IMG/VR virus record: IMGVR_UViG_3300037511_000194
Span: 1 to 37,233 of that record
DNA length: 37,233 nucleotides
Source of the DNA: a virus
Lineage: Duplodnaviria; Caudoviricetes
Strand: one strand, 5' to 3'
Shown: positions 9,693 through 16,596 of the stretch, in pieces
Layout of the letters: each line of letters begins with the position of its first letter
How positions within the stretch are numbered: the stretch's first letter is position 1
Notes under the pieces: model-generated
What the model was told of the DNA's origin: nothing
Seen by the model: the letters and a program-made list of their open reading frames with translations, nothing else
Databases searched by the model: none
Translations under genes and position numbers: made by a program

Positions 9693-10177
9693 TCAGCTAA
9701 GTCCACCGACGCCCCAAAACACAGCGGGATACTTCTTCGCCACGCGGGCAAAGCGCTCCAACTCTATCTGAGAGAGACGCTCGCCTAGTTCTCCGGGGAG
9801 GATACCAAAGCGGGCACAGAGACAGTCGAAGAAATCTTGCCCGCTGCCGGAGGGTTTTCTGCTTCTGCAATCCCCATCAGTTCGTTGTGGGCTTCGACCA
9901 CTGCCGTCGTGTCGTCAATGTGCCACGTCGCGATTTCGTCCCGGTCCGGCAGGAGGTTCCAGTTGTAGAGCGGAACGCCCGGGTTGTCGGGGTCCTCCAC
10001 GGCGTAGGCGACCATCGCAGAGCCACGGTCCTGTTCCGCAGCGGCATTGACGCGCTGCATGTCGCCGCTCATTAGCGTGCGCACGGTCACTTTCACGCCG
10101 GTCTGCGGCAGGGTGACGATCTTGCGCTTTACCAGCGCCCTGCTTTTCTCGTTGAGCGTCTCGCGTAGCGATGCCAT
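9693..10177 (-). CDS. Tail assembly chaperone, long form (G-T fusion by -1 frameshift)
   Basis: In-frame slippery heptamer A AAC CCT at 9857-9851; the -1 frame reads ..PSGSGQDFFDCLCARFGILPGELGERLSQIELERFARVAKKYPAVFWGVGGLS* and stops at 9693, just before the tape measure gene. Confidence 0.7.
9785..10177 (-). CDS. Tail assembly chaperone, short form (gpG-like)
   Basis: Between tail tube and tape measure; KVTVRTLMSGD motif. Confidence 0.75.
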   Translation of the reverse strand: MASLRETLNEKSRALVKRKIVTLPQTGVKVTVRTLMSGDMQRVNAAAEQDRGSAMVAYAVEDPDNPGVPLYNWNLLPDRDEIATWHIDDTTAVVEAHNELMGIAEAENPPAAGKISSTVSVPALVSSPEN

Positions 10178-10180
10178 GGG

Positions 10181-10609
10181 TCAGGCCAGAGTCACGGTGG
10201 AGGGGGCGTCGTCCACGCCCTCGAAGGAGAAGGAGCGGCTGACGATCTCGGTGGTGGCGTCCAGCGGCAGGTTGTGCGCGGTGATGTTCACCTCGCCCTG
10301 CTCCGCCTTGGCGCCCGTGCCCGTGCCTTCGGGGCAGAACTGGATGAACACGGTGGTGCCGTTGCGCTTGGCGGTTTTCAGCACTTCCTGACCGGACGTG
10401 TCGCCGCTGTCGAACAGCACAGTGATGTCGCCGCCCCACGTCTGGTCGCCGGGCCGCGTCACCTGACCGCCAAGGTACTTCGTCTTGGTGCGGCCTTCCT
10501 GTCCCTCATTGCTGTTGGCCGCCGTCACCTTGCCGATGGAGGTATAGGTGCCGCTCACCGTAGTGGAGACGCGCACGCGTGCGTTTACGGGGTCGAACGG
10601 GAACGCCAT
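10181..10609 (-). CDS. Major tail (tube) protein
   Basis: Position; motifs RPGDQTWGGDITVLFD..GQEVL and C-terminal SFSFEGVD. Confidence 0.8.
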   Translation of the reverse strand: MAFPFDPVNARVRVSTTVSGTYTSIGKVTAANSNEGQEGRTKTKYLGGQVTRPGDQTWGGDITVLFDSGDTSGQEVLKTAKRNGTTVFIQFCPEGTGTGAKAEQGEVNITAHNLPLDATTEIVSRSFSFEGVDDAPSTVTLA

Positions 10610-10633
10610 GGGTGTATCCTCGCGTCGTCGGGG

Positions 10634-10864
10634 TTAGTCGTTGCGGGCGGCGTCCTGTACGCGCTCCACGATCTCCGCCTTGCTGCCTACGGTGGCGACG
10701 CCCACTGCCGCCGCGCGTTCCACCAGTGCGACCTTGCCGAGCGACGCAGCCTCTCGCGCCAGTCGCCCGCGCTCGTTGGTCAGGTTGGGCATGGTGAACG
10801 TCTCGAACACCATGGGTTCGGCGTTGGACGTGGCTTCCTTGGGCGCACCCTCTCGCTTCGTCAT
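10634..10864 (-). CDS. Small protein with SAP/HeH-like C-terminal motif
   Basis: SLGKVALVERAAAVGVATVGSKAEIVERV resembles the SAP pattern L...L...GL...G.K..L..R. Confidence 0.5.
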   Translation of the reverse strand: MTKREGAPKEATSNAEPMVFETFTMPNLTNERGRLAREAASLGKVALVERAAAVGVATVGSKAEIVERVQDAARND

Positions 10865-10882
10865 TTCGCTTCTCCCTGCGTT

Positions 10883-11044
10883 TCAGTCGTTGCCGAGGGT
10901 ACGTGGCGCGGGTGGCGGCGCGTCTTGCGGCTGCGGGGCAGGGAGAGCGGCCAGCAGGGCATCCGCGCCCATCACCACGGCCATTGCCTGCGCCCGCAGC
11001 GCCGTGGCCTGCTGCCGGAGTGCCGCAAGGGCTTCGTCCGTCAC
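10883..11044 (-). CDS. Small hypothetical protein
   Basis: GTGA overlap with upstream stop and GGAG RBS; MTDEALAALRQQ... Confidence 0.5.
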   Translation of the reverse strand: MTDEALAALRQQATALRAQAMAVVMGADALLAALPAPQPQDAPPPAPRTLGND

Positions 11045-11445
11045 GGCGTCTCCAGTGCGAGCACCCGGAACCTCATTGGTGCGTGCCGCTTGTTCGGTTC
11101 CTCCAGCACGGTTTCGAAGTCCAGCCGTAGCGCCGTGGAGACGTGGCCAGAGATTGCCAGCGGTGCGCGGAGCGCCACCTTTGCCGCCGCCGCTACCGCC
11201 GAGACACCTGCATTCCCCGTAAGGTCGCTGTCGAACGCGTGCACAGTGATCGTGTGGCCGAAGCCTCGCGTTCCCAGCGTACCACCTTCCTCCACTCCGG
11301 TGAGGCTGTCCACGGTGATCCACGGCGTTGCCGTGCCTGCTGGTGCAGCCGTGTCGAACACCTTAGCCCCTACCAGCGCCGCAACGCCGCTGTCGCCCTT
11401 CAGGCGCGTGACAACGGCCACCTGTAGCGGATAGATGGCGCTCAC
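11041..11445 (-). CDS. Tail completion/terminator protein (DUF3168-like)
   Basis: GTG 11445; LQVAVVTRLKGDSGVAALVGAKVFDTAAP..TPWIT pattern; C-terminal MRFRVL. Confidence 0.8.
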   Translation of the reverse strand: MSAIYPLQVAVVTRLKGDSGVAALVGAKVFDTAAPAGTATPWITVDSLTGVEEGGTLGTRGFGHTITVHAFDSDLTGNAGVSAVAAAAKVALRAPLAISGHVSTALRLDFETVLEEPNKRHAPMRFRVLALETP

Positions 11446-11837
11446 GCCCTCACGCCCTCCACGCCACGCCTGATGGCGTCGCCTACGGCCCTCGTGACGC
11501 GCTCCCGGTGCGCCTCGTGGACGCGAAACAGGAAGTCGTTTGCGCTCTGCGTGGACGATCCCAGGATCACAGGATAGAAGTAGGGATACATCCCCGCCTC
11601 TGCCCAATCGGTTTCATCGTAGCCTACGGTGAACGTCAGACCTTCCGGCGAGAACTCCAGCCGCGTGTGAGCCGCGAGAAAGCCCGTGCGCTTGGGCGCT
11701 TCCTGCACCGTGTCCTCGTGCTGATTATTGCCTTCGCGCTGCATTGCCGCCCGGATGTTCCTGCCGATCTCCGCCTTGGCGACGTGCACGTTGGCGATCA
11801 GCCCAGACACGCCGCGCACCTCCAGCCCACCGCTCAT
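11442..11837 (-). CDS. HK97 gp10-like tail component
   Basis: LEVRGV, APKRTGFL, Y.YPVILGSSTQSANDFL motifs and synteny. Confidence 0.75.
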   Translation of the reverse strand: MSGGLEVRGVSGLIANVHVAKAEIGRNIRAAMQREGNNQHEDTVQEAPKRTGFLAAHTRLEFSPEGLTFTVGYDETDWAEAGMYPYFYPVILGSSTQSANDFLFRVHEAHRERVTRAVGDAIRRGVEGVRA

Positions 11838-12214
11838 ACGCGCCTCACAAATGCCTTGCGGTGGACGGCAAACGTACTCTGGTGCGCCACACCTTCCACC
11901 GTGTAGTTGACTGTCGTACCATGCCTAGCGCTGTACACCGTCACCGTGTCCGTGCCCCGGATATCCGTGCCCAGCGGTAGCATGAGCTTTTCAAGCCCAA
12001 CCTGCCGCAACTCGCCGGAAACGATGTCTTCCGTGTCCGTGGCGTCCAGCGGCCCGATGCGCCCCACGGTCTCCGTGTCCGCGTTCCCGCTCGCCACCAT
12101 CGCACCGCCTGCATTGGCCGTGGCTGCTCCCGGCCGGTGGATCGTCACCGCATCCAGCATCTCGCCTTCGGTGAGCGCCTGAATCCGCGGCAGTACACCA
12201 GTCAGGATGCTCAC
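11834..12214 (-). CDS. Head closure / head-tail adaptor
   Basis: EMLDAVTIHRP and LPLGTDIRGTDTVTV motifs; synteny. Confidence 0.65.
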   Translation of the reverse strand: MSILTGVLPRIQALTEGEMLDAVTIHRPGAATANAGGAMVASGNADTETVGRIGPLDATDTEDIVSGELRQVGLEKLMLPLGTDIRGTDTVTVYSARHGTTVNYTVEGVAHQSTFAVHRKAFVRRV

Positions 12215-12625
12215 CTAGAAACTCCTGACGATCTGCTGTGCGAAGGAGGCGCGCGGCGGCGTGTCGGCCTCCACGGTCACCGCTGTGGCGTCCTCCACCG
12301 CATCCGTGAACGCGGCCTTCCACTCCGCTACCTTCTGTGCGAAGTACTTGCGTTGATCCGCCGCGTACGCTGCTGAGATGTCGCCCTTGTCGATGCTGAC
12401 GGAGTTGGGATCGCTCGCCATCCGCAGCAGCACGTCACTGAAGCCGCGCCAGTACGTGTACGCCAACACTACCGCATCCGCCTGTTCCTGCGTGGCCCCA
12501 TCCGGCACCTTGCTCGCCCCCAGCGCTATCCAGATGCCAGCCGCAGTCGGCAGGTCTGGCGTGCTGAACCACGAGGCTTGCAATTCCCCGGTTGGGGCCG
12601 TTACGTCGGAGGAGGTGATCGGCAC
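12215..12625 (-). CDS. Head-tail connector protein
   Basis: Position after capsid gene; SVSIDKGDISAAY motif. Confidence 0.55.
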   Translation of the reverse strand: MPITSSDVTAPTGELQASWFSTPDLPTAAGIWIALGASKVPDGATQEQADAVVLAYTYWRGFSDVLLRMASDPNSVSIDKGDISAAYAADQRKYFAQKVAEWKAAFTDAVEDATAVTVEADTPPRASFAQQIVRSF

Positions 12626-12628
12626 AGG

Positions 12629-12907
12629 TTACGTCCCGCTCGCTTCAACGATGGCTTGCACGTCTGGCTTGGTGTAGCCGTTGGGGCTGGACGGCGACGC
12701 GCCCTTGAAATCGCCCGCCGACAGCCCTGCATCCTGCGCCGCTTCGCGCGCGGCTTCGCTGGCGAAGTCAACGCCGTCAAGCGAGCCCTGCCCCGAATCG
12801 CTTGCCTTGCTCTCTGCTAGCTTGGCGCCGTCCTTCACGGGCTTGCCGTTGGCGTCCACCAGCTTGCCCCGCACCCGGTAGCGCCCGCCGGGAATCGTCT
12901 CTGCCAT
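12629..12907 (-). CDS. Small protein with E3-binding (PSBD)-like domain
   Basis: FASEAAREAAQDAGLSAGDFKGASPSSPNGYTKPDVQAI resembles the peripheral subunit-binding motif ASP.AR..A.E.G.....V.GTG..G.ITK.DV. Confidence 0.5.
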   Translation of the reverse strand: MAETIPGGRYRVRGKLVDANGKPVKDGAKLAESKASDSGQGSLDGVDFASEAAREAAQDAGLSAGDFKGASPSSPNGYTKPDVQAIVEASGT

Positions 12908-12916
12908 CGTGGCCCC

Positions 12917-14014
12917 TTAGTTGAAGGTGGGAGCAGTGTATACGCCGCCGCTTCCCGCGTTCGCCCACAGTATCGCGCCGTTGGTGCGCGTCCACGCACC
13001 GAAGCCGAACAGCGTCTCCATGTGGCGCGCGTGCAGCGGCATCAACTCCGTCTCCGCAGCCAAGTAGAGGCCCTGAAGCTGGCGCTCCGAAGGTACGCGC
13101 ATCCGCAGCGGCTTGCGGTCGTCGCTCGCGTCGAAGGCAAAGAAGTACTCGGCGGGCATCCACGGCTTCGTCCACACCTCAGCCCCGTGGAAGCGACCGA
13201 TGGCGCGGTTGTCCAGCCGCGACATGTCCAGTGTGCCGTTCGCGCGGTCGTTGGCGGTGCCGGGGATGATCCCCTGCTCCACGTAGGGCGCGAAGTCCGC
13301 CAGTGCGCGTACGGTGCTTTCCTGCGCCCGGTTGATGTAGATGCGGAGGGCACCGCCGTGGTCATGCTCCACCACGTCGTCCACCAGTGCCACCAGCGCC
13401 GTGTTGAGCCCGGAACCCGACGTGCTGGCCGTAGCGTCGTAGTGCGTGTGCGTGGCCCCGTCGAACGACTCCGCGTTGCGGTTGATGGGGATGGGGTCGC
13501 CGTCCGCGTTCAGCAGCCGCTTGACGTTCAGCGTCTCGCCTACGGCCTCCGTGGCGAAGCGCTCGATTACGTCAAAGTTGGTCGCACCGAAGAGCGCGTT
13601 CCGCACCCCGCGCCGCAGCGCGTTGACGTGCGCACGCTGTGCCAGGATTTGCTTTTCGATCATGTCCGCCACTGTGGCGCGGATGAAGTAGTCCCGCGTC
13701 CAGCCTACCGCGAACTGCTTCTTGGTGAGCCCCCACGCGACCTTGCCCTTGGCGGCGGCCTTCTGCGTGCGCACCGCGCCGAACTCGTCCACGTCCTCCA
13801 TGTCGGCATCCTGCTCCACGCCGTACGTCCCCGTGCGCTCCGTGGTGGTCGCCACGAGATCGTTCAGGATGCCCTGTACCTGCGCGTTGTGCGCGTCCAG
13901 CGCATCGCGGAGCGGCTGCACAAGGTTGTCCACCCCGAATTCAATGATGCGGCTCTCCGCCGCGTCGCGGTTGCTGAGCAGGTCCGCGATTGTGTAAGTG
14001 CCGGTGACGGCCAT
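12917..14014 (-). CDS. Major capsid protein (HK97 fold expected)
   Basis: 365 aa; follows scaffold and decoration genes; AGGAGG RBS; C-terminal FGFGAWTRTNGAIL. Confidence 0.85.
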   Translation of the reverse strand: MAVTGTYTIADLLSNRDAAESRIIEFGVDNLVQPLRDALDAHNAQVQGILNDLVATTTERTGTYGVEQDADMEDVDEFGAVRTQKAAAKGKVAWGLTKKQFAVGWTRDYFIRATVADMIEKQILAQRAHVNALRRGVRNALFGATNFDVIERFATEAVGETLNVKRLLNADGDPIPINRNAESFDGATHTHYDATASTSGSGLNTALVALVDDVVEHDHGGALRIYINRAQESTVRALADFAPYVEQGIIPGTANDRANGTLDMSRLDNRAIGRFHGAEVWTKPWMPAEYFFAFDASDDRKPLRMRVPSERQLQGLYLAAETELMPLHARHMETLFGFGAWTRTNGAILWANAGSGGVYTAPTFN

Positions 14015-14026
14015 TTGCGGGCCTCC

Positions 14027-14440
14027 TTACGCGACGAGGGCACGGACGACGATGTCCGTGGGGGAGATGATCTTGGCGATGGCGACCTCGCCTCCAGTGG
14101 TCGCTCCATCGTCCAGCCGTCCAGCGGTTTCGCCAAGGAAGAGTGCGGTCGGCGCGGTGAGGCCCGTGCCGTAGCCGAAGCGCGTCCCCGGCCCGTACAG
14201 CGTCACCGGCTCACCCTCTGCGTAGGCGACGGGCGTAAAGCCATCCACCGCCGCCGCTGCGTCCGCTGCCGTACCGTTGGACATGTAGACCATCATCTTG
14301 CCGTCCACCACTTCCTTGATGTAGCAGGGCGCCACGGCGTCCAGCGCCTCTCCGGCGATGTAATCACCCGAGAGCTGGGGCGCCTTCATCGCTGTGGTGG
14401 CGTCGATATGCGCCGTGCTGGCGCGGGTGATGAGAGCCAT
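14027..14440 (-). CDS. Capsid decoration/cement protein
   Basis: IAGEALDAVAPCYIK and GEPVTLYGPG beta-tulip-like motifs; lies between scaffold and major capsid. Confidence 0.65.
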   Translation of the reverse strand: MALITRASTAHIDATTAMKAPQLSGDYIAGEALDAVAPCYIKEVVDGKMMVYMSNGTAADAAAAVDGFTPVAYAEGEPVTLYGPGTRFGYGTGLTAPTALFLGETAGRLDDGATTGGEVAIAKIISPTDIVVRALVA

Positions 14441-14464
14441 TTCGTTTCTCTGTTCCGGGTTGCG

Positions 14465-15166
14465 CTAGACGGAGTAGTCCACCTTGGTCCGCACCGCCTT
14501 CGCGTGATCTTCTGGCGTCCGCGTGGTGCCGCCCGCGCTCGCCATGCCGCGCTGCTCCGGCACTCCACGCCCATCGCCGCCTGCTCCGCTTCCGTTCCCG
14601 TTGGCCGAAGCCACCAGCACGGGCGCGAGATACGGCCACTTCTCCTTGATGATGTCCGCCACGCGCACCTGCTTGCCGTCCACGGTCGCGAACGCCGTCT
14701 TCTGTTTCACGTTTTCCTTCTTGCCCGCGTTCAGGCGCTCCACGGTCACTTCGCCTTCGCTCAACTCCAATGCGTCGAAGCCCGTGGTGTTCTGGAGCAC
14801 GTCGGGCGCCTGTTCGTTCCACCCCTCGGTAGCGAGCGCGCTGCGCAGGATGTCCTTGCGGTCGCGCTGCTTCTTCTCCGTCGCCAGCGTGTCGCGCTCC
14901 GTCTTCAGCATCGCCACGTCCTCCGGCTTGACGCCCAGCGCCTTCCACGCCTCGTACGTCTTGGCATCGTCCGCCGTCAGCACAATCGAACCTTCGGGCG
15001 GCAGCCCCTTGGCCTTCTCCTTCAGCCCTTCGATTTCCCTTCTCTGCTTCTGATTGTCGGCTTCAAGCTCGCCAATCTTCCGCGTCACATCTGCCGGGCT
15101 GGAGGCGATCAGGCGGAACGCTACAAGGTCCGCGTAATCGCGTTCGGAGAACGCTACTTCGGCCAC
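14465..15166 (-). CDS. Capsid scaffolding protein
   Basis: GTG 15166 with AGGGG RBS; charged coiled coil (LEADNQKQRREIEGLKEK) and Gly-rich C-terminal tail. Confidence 0.7.
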   Translation of the reverse strand: MAEVAFSERDYADLVAFRLIASSPADVTRKIGELEADNQKQRREIEGLKEKAKGLPPEGSIVLTADDAKTYEAWKALGVKPEDVAMLKTERDTLATEKKQRDRKDILRSALATEGWNEQAPDVLQNTTGFDALELSEGEVTVERLNAGKKENVKQKTAFATVDGKQVRVADIIKEKWPYLAPVLVASANGNGSGAGGDGRGVPEQRGMASAGGTTRTPEDHAKAVRTKVDYSV

Positions 15167-15192
15167 GGTGGAACCCCTGTCTGTCTGGTGAG

Positions 15193-15269
15193 GCCCCGGC
15201 ATCCGGGGCGCAGCGCGGCGGCATCCGTCGCGGGCGGTGGAGGGCTGCGGCCGGGAGCATCCCCCGGCC
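15193..15269. repeat. Three tandem GC hairpins, each with an ATG/CAT triloop
   Basis: GCCCCGG-CAT-CCGGGGC (15193-15209), CGCGGCGG-CAT-CCGTCGCG (15214-15232), GGCCGGGAG-CAT-CCCCCGGCC (15249-15269). Confidence 0.75.
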
Positions 15270-15276
15270 TGTTTTT
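15249..15276 (+). terminator. Possible plus-strand (antisense) intrinsic terminator
   Basis: GGCCGGG/CCCGGCC stem followed by TGTTTTT. Confidence 0.35.
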
Positions 15277-15387
15277 CTACTGCGGATCGGACAACTAGGG
15301 CGGCTACAAACGCGACGACGGCCCCGCCCTTCGCTCTGTGGCGAAGGTGAGGCCGTATCCCTGTAAGCCGTCTCCCGTGTCCCCTGC

Positions 15388-15439
15388 TCTAGCCTCAGCA
15401 CCGGGAGAGTGCGTTTCGGGAGCTACCCTAGAGGCCAGA
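15388..15439 (-). ncRNA. Putative three-way-junction RNA immediately 3' of tRNA-Gly
   Basis: P1 TCTGGCCTC/GAGGCTAGA, P2 GGG-TAGCT-CCC, GAAAC linker, P3 GCAC/GTGC. Confidence 0.4.
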
Positions 15440-15444
15440 CTTAG

Positions 15445-15517
15445 AGCCGTCGCCGGGAGTCGAACCCGGAACCGTCGCCTTGGAAGGGCGTTGCTCTGCC
15501 AATTGAGCTACGGCGGC
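15445..15517 (-). tRNA. tRNA-Gly(TCC)
   Basis: GCCGCCG TA GCTC AATTGGCA GAGC A ACGCC CTTCCAA GGCGA CGGTT CCGGG TTCGACT CCCGG CGACGGC T; U73 discriminator; one acceptor-stem mismatch; CCA not encoded. Confidence 0.85.
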
Positions 15518-15669
15518 ACTTCCCACTGCGGCGCTCGCGCCTTCGGGCCGTGGGCGCCCGTTCAGGTTTTCCCTGACCCAGCTTCCGGTGCACTGGTCTT
15601 ATCGGCCCCGAACGGTGCGCTTATCGCCAGCGTCGATCCAGAGAGCACGATGCGGCGCCGTAGCGCCAG

Positions 15670-15742
15670 AGGTCCGCGCAGGGTTCAAACCTGCGACCGC
15701 TCGCTTACGAGGCGAGTGCTCTATCAACTGAGCTAGCGGACC
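15670..15742 (-). tRNA. tRNA-Thr(CGT) with non-canonical A19/U56
   Basis: GGTCCGC TA GCTC AGTTGATA GAGC A CTCGC CTCGTAA GCGAG CGGTC GCAGG TTTGAAC CCTGC GCGGACC T; all four stems pair perfectly. Confidence 0.85.
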
Positions 15743-15835
15743 GTTTCTGCCGCCGTACTTATAGCGCGGCGACGGCAGTAACCGCGAGGCTATCCATTTG
15801 ACGCGGCTTGTTCCCAAGCAGCCGCAACTCTCTCT

Positions 15836-15955
15836 GTATGAGCCCGTGGAGAGAATACGGGACGTGAGTGCGGATTTCGCCAAGCTGAGCCGCTCGTTTG
15901 GCACTTGTGCCTCTTGGCCGGGAGCGCACCCCCTACCGAACGTTGTAGTTCATAC
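15836..15955 (-). ncRNA. Putative structured non-coding RNA at the 5' end of the tRNA transcript
   Basis: Closing GTATGA/TCATAC stem with nested GGGTGCG/CGCACTC, GCCAAG/CTTGGC, GGCA/TGCC and CCCGT/ACGGG; begins at the predicted transcription start. Confidence 0.45.
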
Positions 15956-15959
15956 CTGC

Positions 15960-15988
15960 ACTATACGCGCCAGCCGTTCCCTCGTCAA
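15960..15988 (-). promoter_or_regulatory. Sigma70-type promoter for the tRNA/RNA island and head genes
   Basis: TTGACG-17 nt-TATAGT. Confidence 0.75.
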
Positions 15989-16215
15989 GTGCGTCGCATT
16001 TCAACCCTGAACGATACCCGCCCGTCCTCCTCCTCGTGCTTCGGAGGATCGGTTGCTTGACCCATCCAGACCTGCCCGTCCGCAGTCACTTCAAACCACG
16101 GGTTTGGCGCTTCTGGTATTTGACTTTCCCATGCTGTCACGTGAAGGGTCGCACTCTCGGCGGTATGAACCTTGAACGTCGCCTCCACGCCGTTAGACAA
16201 CGCCATTGTGTGCAT
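15985..16215 (-). CDS. Hypothetical protein
   Basis: ATG 16215 (or 16206) after GAGG/AGG; MHTMALSNGVEATFKV... Confidence 0.55.
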   Translation of the reverse strand: MHTMALSNGVEATFKVHTAESATLHVTAWESQIPEAPNPWFEVTADGQVWMGQATDPPKHEEEDGRVSFRVEMRRT

Positions 16216-16226
16216 CCTGTATATCC

Positions 16227-16555
16227 TCAACCTGTGCAAGGTGAGCAGGGCGTGACACCGCCGCACTGAGAGTCCACGCACGACAGGCAGGTATGCCACA
16301 TCGTTGGCCCGCACGTCGGCATCCCAGCGCATCCCGACCTGCGCAGGTCCCCATCCCTGCGCAGGTGGCGAACGTCGGTTCTCCGCCGCCGCCGCAAGTG
16401 TCTGGATCGCCGGAATACTGCACGCATCCACCCCAGCAGGTATCCTCCAGCGCGCCAGTCGCTAGACCCTGCACCGTTCCTGACCCGTGGAACGCCAGCG
16501 TCTCGAACGATTCTACCGCCAGCGTATCCAGATCCAGCCTCAGTTTCGCGGCCAT
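16227..16555 (-). CDS. RiPP precursor 1 (pinensin-like lanthipeptide leader, Cys-rich core), interrupted by a 1-nt frameshift near 16333
   Basis: Leader MAAKLRLDLDTLAVESFET..GTVQG; the Cys-rich core continues in the -1 frame as GCAGMPTCGPTMWHTCLSCVDSQCGGVTPCSPCTG*; GGGAGG RBS. Confidence 0.75.
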
Positions 16556-16596
16556 TTGACCTACCCTCCCGTGTCAAGGTGGGCATACGGTTGCGG

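Noticed and set aside
13022-15298. 758-aa plus-strand ORF and other long antisense ORFs (e.g. 10274-11434, 22159-23280, 29976-31094)
   Set aside because: Shadow frames of GC-rich genes, overlapping or antisense to well-supported capsid, tail, portal and DnaC genes; Arg/His/Ala-rich with no motifs
15599-15904. 101-aa minus-strand ORF
   Set aside because: Runs through tRNA-Thr and the structured RNA, with no protein-like features
15388-15955. Hammerhead or HDV-like (theta) ribozyme next to the tRNAs
   Set aside because: GAAA linkers are present, but no CUGANGA core or HDV nested double pseudoknot could be built by eye; kept only as unclassified structured RNA
15445-16555. Functional link between tRNA-Gly/Thr and the Gly/Thr-rich precursor 1
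   Set aside because: Proximity only; class I lanthipeptide dehydratases use Glu-tRNA, and the tRNAs have their own promoter
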